From assembly GCF_009914755.1 (NCBI RefSeq), contig NC_060928.1: a stretch of DNA of 64,000 nt. One strand, 5' to 3'. Below the pieces are notes generated by a model. It saw nothing but the letters and a program-made list of their open reading frames with translations, was not told where the DNA came from and did not search any database. The translations under genes were made by a program, and so were the position numbers. Each line of letters opens with the position of its first letter. The stretch's first letter is position 1. Source of the stretch: the human T2T-CHM13v2.0 reference genome, Homo sapiens. Below are positions 58,753-64,000 of this stretch, piece by piece.

Positions 58753-61700
58753 AGAGCAGATGCAAGTCTGACTCTCTTTCAGATTTAAAATTTTACAAAG
58801 TTAGCCTGCAGTGCATTGAAAGACAAAGCTTTCTCGTGTTCTCGTGTTTTCAGAGTTGAAGAAAGTCCCTACCAGATAATAGATGTACATTTGTTGAGTG
58901 AATAAATCCAACAGTTAGGAAGCTTAACTGCTCAGAACCCAGTTCAGTAAGCACAGCTTCCTTCCATCTCCCAGGTGAAAGGAGAGAGTTATGAGACAGA
59001 ATTTTCTACATAATTTTTATTCATCTTGTGTGAAGTCATTAACATGTAAATGATAGATTCTTTTATTCCTCTACTTTCGTTTTGTGATTTGACCTAGAGA
59101 GCTTGGAATCATCCATATATTTTCAACAAATGAATCTACAGCATTAACTCACAAAGCAAAATATATTATTTGGTGTTTTGGCATTTCATTATTACTCCTG
59201 AGAAAAGCTCAGAAAACTGACACAACTGCATGGTGCTGGTTACACTTCGTTCTTATGAGAAGAGAAATATGCTTTTTGTTTTTACATTTTCTGAGTTGTC
59301 TTGGGAGCAAAACTGCCTCCAGCTACAAATGGGCTTAGTTGCCCACGTCCATCTTGCGGGTGTCACCTGTTAAGGTGAAGAGTCTGGAATAGCCCAGACA
59401 CATTATGTATGGGTGGCCTTTTGTTTACCACAGACAAAGCCCAAATCCTGGGGATTACTTGAAGATATCATATAACACACAAGATGGAGTTACTATTATT
59501 CTCCTCTAAGACATATAGTGTTTCCCCTGGGCAGAGGAAAGAACACATAGCCAATCACATGAAGGCAGAACCCATTAAAGATTTACGCAAGCCCGAATTA
59601 CTTGGCTTTAAACTATTTTTTTTCCTTTTTCTCTCTCTTTTTTTCTTTATTAGGAGAGGCGTCCCTTCCTGAACAGCAAAGCTGATGTAGATAGTATCAC
59701 TAGTAATCCTTGGCTTAAGCACAGAGCTTCTAAATGGCTTGAATTAGGCTGGAAGATGGGGCTGTTTGATTTCCTTTCCTTTTTGTTTCTGTTTTTAAGG
59801 CTCTGTCACCAAATGTCCCACTAAACTAGCATTTATGTGGGCTTGGGACCTCTGTGTGTAAGTTTCCTTTTAAGCATAGTCAATGAAATAGCTCTGAAGC
59901 TGTTGAACTGTGTAAATGTTATATTAACATTTTCTCTCGCAATTATAGACATTTACATGGTCTTGTTGAAATAGCACTTTCAGAGGGAGGAAAAAAATAC
60001 CAGAAGTGAAGGTACACAGTGAAATGAAAAAGCAGCAGTGTGCTCTATTTATTTAGTTTCTGAAATAAATCATTTCGACTTTTAATTTACACTTCTCTAG
60101 GATGGTGGTTAAGAATAGACAAACAAAGGATACTGACAGAAATAATTTCATCTTGTTCCTTTGTTACATTAGATCATTTAATTTCCACATTTCATTTGGT
60201 TTGCATATGGAGATTTGACCAATGCACCTTGTTCTTTAACTTTGCTAACTAATAACAAGGACTCAGGAAGCTCATTCTAAAGACCTAAGACTCATGGATG
60301 ATGATTCAAAAATTATGAGACTACAAGTAGTTGTCCAGTTATAAGGAGAAAGGCAAATAGAGTAAATTAGACATTAATCCAAAGTATTCCCAACTATCCA
60401 TGTCTCTAACAGGAACCATAATGTGCTTTCAAATTGAAAAGTGATTTGAATCATTCCAATAACTACCACCTGTGTCACTGCATGCAGTCTGATGAGCAGT
60501 CTGATGCTGGAGAAAATATAATCACTAAGATCCTAAGGAAATATTTTAGGAGTCTAATTTTGGTCCCTTTCCACACACAAAACAATCATTTACTGATGCA
60601 CAGTGTTTGTAAAATGCTTGAAATATTTTTCTCCTTTCACATTGATACTACTAAATTTAGTTTATCTAAAGATCAATACTAGTAACCTTAACATTAGTTA
60701 TTTTCATGGGGTTTTTTGCTCTTGATAGACTTCTATTCAATGGTAGACTTGTTTTATCATGGATAAAAATGTATATGTTTTTTATCTTTGCACCAATTCA
60801 AAGCAAAGAACATATTTGTGATGGAACCGTTGCTCACCAACTGTGATCTCTCCACTAGTCTGACAGTTGCTTTCTTTCCAGCAGGACTCATATGCAAAAT
60901 GGACAGACATTGATCCTCAACGCAGCATCACATTTTGTTATACACATTTCAGAAGCTGATAGCAGTAATCTTCTATAAGTCTCTGTCTACACATCATTGC
61001 ACTTTTACAGTTAAGCTTTAAAAACTACATTGCTATATAAGAATTTCTACAGCTTGGCTATGTAATTGATTTTCAGTTCTTAAAGTTATGTTCTTGAAAA
61101 CCTAAATTGGTTGGTCTTCATGTGATCACTAGACACAGATATTATGTTAAAATCCAAACAAAAAGTTGTGTAGTATTTTTTTTCAAATTTTCCTACTTGA
61201 TTTTGGAACCACATTCACAAATTTTATTATCGGACAAGGAAACAGATTAATGCAAGAGTCAAAACTACAATTATGTATGTTAAAGATAATGAAGATATGA
61301 AATATTCCCTTTTGATGTGCATCTTCACTTAAACTAAAATTTTAGATTGAGGACATTTTTTAATTTAAATTTATTTTATAAAACATTGATATAAATTTTA
61401 TTAATTATAATTTAATCCCTTGTGTCAACTTACATGTTTAAAGTGTTTAAATTTTTAAAATTTAAGTGGTTGAGTGAGCTTACTTTAATCTGATAAAATG
61501 TCAGTTCTGATATTCACGAAATCTCTCTGGTTGACATTATCTCAGGAAAAACACTGCTTTGGCCAGCAAATTAACCTATATGGAGCCAAGTTAGATTCTT
61601 TCTTAAAAATAAAATCAAGAAATTTGACCTGCGACCTTAGCAAGCCCAAAATTTTCTTATTTATTGGCAAAAGTAGTTCTAGAGTTTCAGATTGTTTTTT

Positions 61701-63185
61701 ATTGGAAGATAATGTGCTATTTAATAAAAACTTACTACCTTTTAAATACCTGAAATCTCCTGCAAAAGCAAATTCATGGAACAAAAGAAAAAATTCCCAA
61801 TATAAAACATTCTTGGGAGTGAAATTGTATTTTAATGAGGAATTCACAAAGTTATGAAAATCAAGGAGTCAGAGTGAAAAAATTTCCCAAGTTAATGAGC
61901 CATTTATAATTTGAGAAAAGATCCAAATTTAAGGATCAGTTTCATATGATCAATAAGACTAATTTCAGCAGAACTCACTTATCTAATAATGTCAGCCATC
62001 TGAAACACAAACAAAAAAACAAAATGGAAGCAAAAAACTTTTGCTAAGAATCCAAAAAAAATTTACAAAATTGAAAGCACTTATAAAAATGCTATGTATG
62101 TATACAAAATCCCTGAGGTAGCTTTACCCTTTCACTCAACACACTTTCCCATAATCCCTGGTGTAACTCTCTTCCCAGCTCTATTATAAGCTACATCATG
62201 GAGCTGAAGCAAGTATTATTTGTCTTTATTTCCTTTAACCTATAGTATATATTAGGGTATCAATAAACATAAGTTAACTAAATGAATTTTAAAAAGTAGT
62301 CAATAAAAGAGAAATTATTTTGTGTATGAGGTCTTTGAGCAGAAATCTAAGTTATGGCCTTGAGAAGCATGTGAAATCACTACGAAGTCTTAAGAAGCAG
62401 ACAGACGTATAGTGAATCAGCTAAGGGAGACTGGCTAAGCCTGTGAAATTCACTGTCAGGAATATTTTCATCGAGGTTATTGAGTAAACTAAAATTGGTC
62501 AGCTAAAAGATGATCAATATTTAGAGAAAATGAAGAAATACTGTCTTTTTTAAAAGACTGCAACTATAAAGAATTATAGGAAAAACAGCTGCAACTGCCC
62601 AACTTGCAATTTTCAACTTACATTTGTAATCAGTTTATACAGTAATGAAGAGTGACTGATACTCTTATGGAGGGTCTAATGGTCATAGGAAATTTTATTC
62701 CCTCTTCTATTCAATGACTCAGGATTGTTTTCTTCCATTTCTTCAAAATTCCTCATATCTACTGAAATGCTCTAGGATTTCCAGTCCTAAGTTCACCCCT
62801 TGTCTGAGATAATTTCTTCTATGGCAGAATTTGTGAATTAAAAAAAAAATCAACCCTTTGATTTATCCTCACTGTGCCTTGATTACAAATGAAGTTGAGC
62901 ACTTTCTCAACTCTTCATGAGCCACTTTTATTTCCTTTTCTGTAAAACCCGCAATCATTTATTTTGCCTATTTTCCTGCTTGCTTCTTTTTGTTGTTCTT
63001 CTTGATTCATAGTATTTGTTAAATTTTTAGGATATTAAACCTTATTGGAATTGGATGTTGCAAATATCTTCTCCCAAATTTCGATTTGTGGCTTCCTTCC
63101 CTTTTTCCCTGCCTCCTGCCACCACATAAAGTTGCGGTTTGTGTGTTTCAATGAAGAGAAGTGGCTTCCCCCCTTCTCAGAGGAA

Positions 63186-64000
63186 GGTTCAGGATTCAGG
63201 GGGTACATGGGCAGGTTTGTTACATGGGCAAATTGTGTGTAACTGATGTTTGGTGCACTGAGGTTTGGTGCACAAATGACCCTATCACTTTGGTAGTGAG
63301 CATAGTACCCAATAGGTAGTTTTTCAACTTTTGCCCCTTTCCTCCCTTCCCCTGGGTAACCCCCAGTGTCCAGTGTCTATTATTCCCATGTTTATGTCCA
63401 TGTGTAGTCCATGTTTAGCTCCCACTTATAAGCGAGAACATGTGGTATTTGGTTTCCTTTCCCTGTGTTAATTTGCTTAGGATATTGGCCTCCAGCCGCA
63501 TCCATTTGCTGCAAAGGACATTACTTCATTCTTTTTTATGGCTCCATAGTATTCCATGGTGTATATGTACCACATTTTCTTTATCCAGTCCATTGTTGAT
63601 GGACATCGAGGTTGATTCCATGTCTTTGCTATTGTGAATAGTGCTGATATAAACACATAAGTGTGAGTGCATGTGTCTTTTTGGTGGAACAATTTATTTT
63701 GTGGCAGGGGGCGGGCATACCCAGTAATAGCGTTGCTGGGTCAAATGGTAGCTCTGGTTTTAAGTTATTTGAGAAATACCCAAACTGCTTTCCACAATGG
63801 CTGAACTAATTTACATTCCCGCCAACAGTATATAAGCATCCCCTTTTCTCCACAACCTTGACAATATTGGTTATTTATTGTCATTTGAATAATAGCCATT
63901 CCGACTGTTGTGAGATATTATCTCCTTGTAGTTTTGATTTGCATTTCTCTAATGACTAGTGATGTTGAGCATTTTTTAAATATATTTGTTGGCTGCATAT
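63186..64000 (-). mobile_element. L1PA15/16-like 3' end (continues beyond the window)
   Basis: GGGGTACATGGGCAGGTTTGTTACATGGG...GTGAGCATAGTACCCAATAGGTAG; ORF2 remnant KDTCT...[15 protein letters not shown]. Confidence 0.88.

Noticed and set aside
59700-60250. Second unique-looking block that might be a conserved element
   Set aside because: No countable motif enrichment; unsupported without alignments.
61498-61857. Overlapping 119 aa and 101 aa ORFs in unique DNA
   Set aside because: AT-driven composition, no domain and no convincing splice signals; within chance for 64 kb.

Overview
AT-rich, repeat-dense human (hominid) euchromatic DNA, intergenic or deep intronic. I find no supportable host protein-coding gene. 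The long ORF at 1-1083 is the C-terminus of LINE-1 ORF2p; most other listed ORFs are repeat-derived or chance. Main contents: the 3' end of an L1PA2-type element (1-1370); a nested insertion cluster at about 21.8-30.6 kb (old L2 interrupted by an AluSq, a near full-length L1PA13-like element carrying three Alus, and a 5'-inverted L1PA10-like element carrying a young pre-Ta L1HS); MaLR/ERVL LTRs, an ERVL pol remnant, MER44, half a MADE1, MIR/L2 relics and microsatellites. Most notable: (1) a lone 170-bp-period alpha-satellite monomer directly behind the L1PA10-like tail, which looks like an L1 3' transduction of centromeric DNA; (2) a pre-Ta L1HS with a 13-bp TSD and a 16-bp twin-priming micro-inversion; (3) a ~1.1-kb segment (40.2-41.3 kb) with no recognisable repeat and 14 TGACA (MEIS/TALE) sites plus PBX composite motifs, a likely developmental enhancer; (4) three short templated-insertion scars copied from 0.6-2.4 kb away. 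Subfamily names come from remembered consensus features, not a RepeatMasker run, and old-repeat boundaries are approximate.
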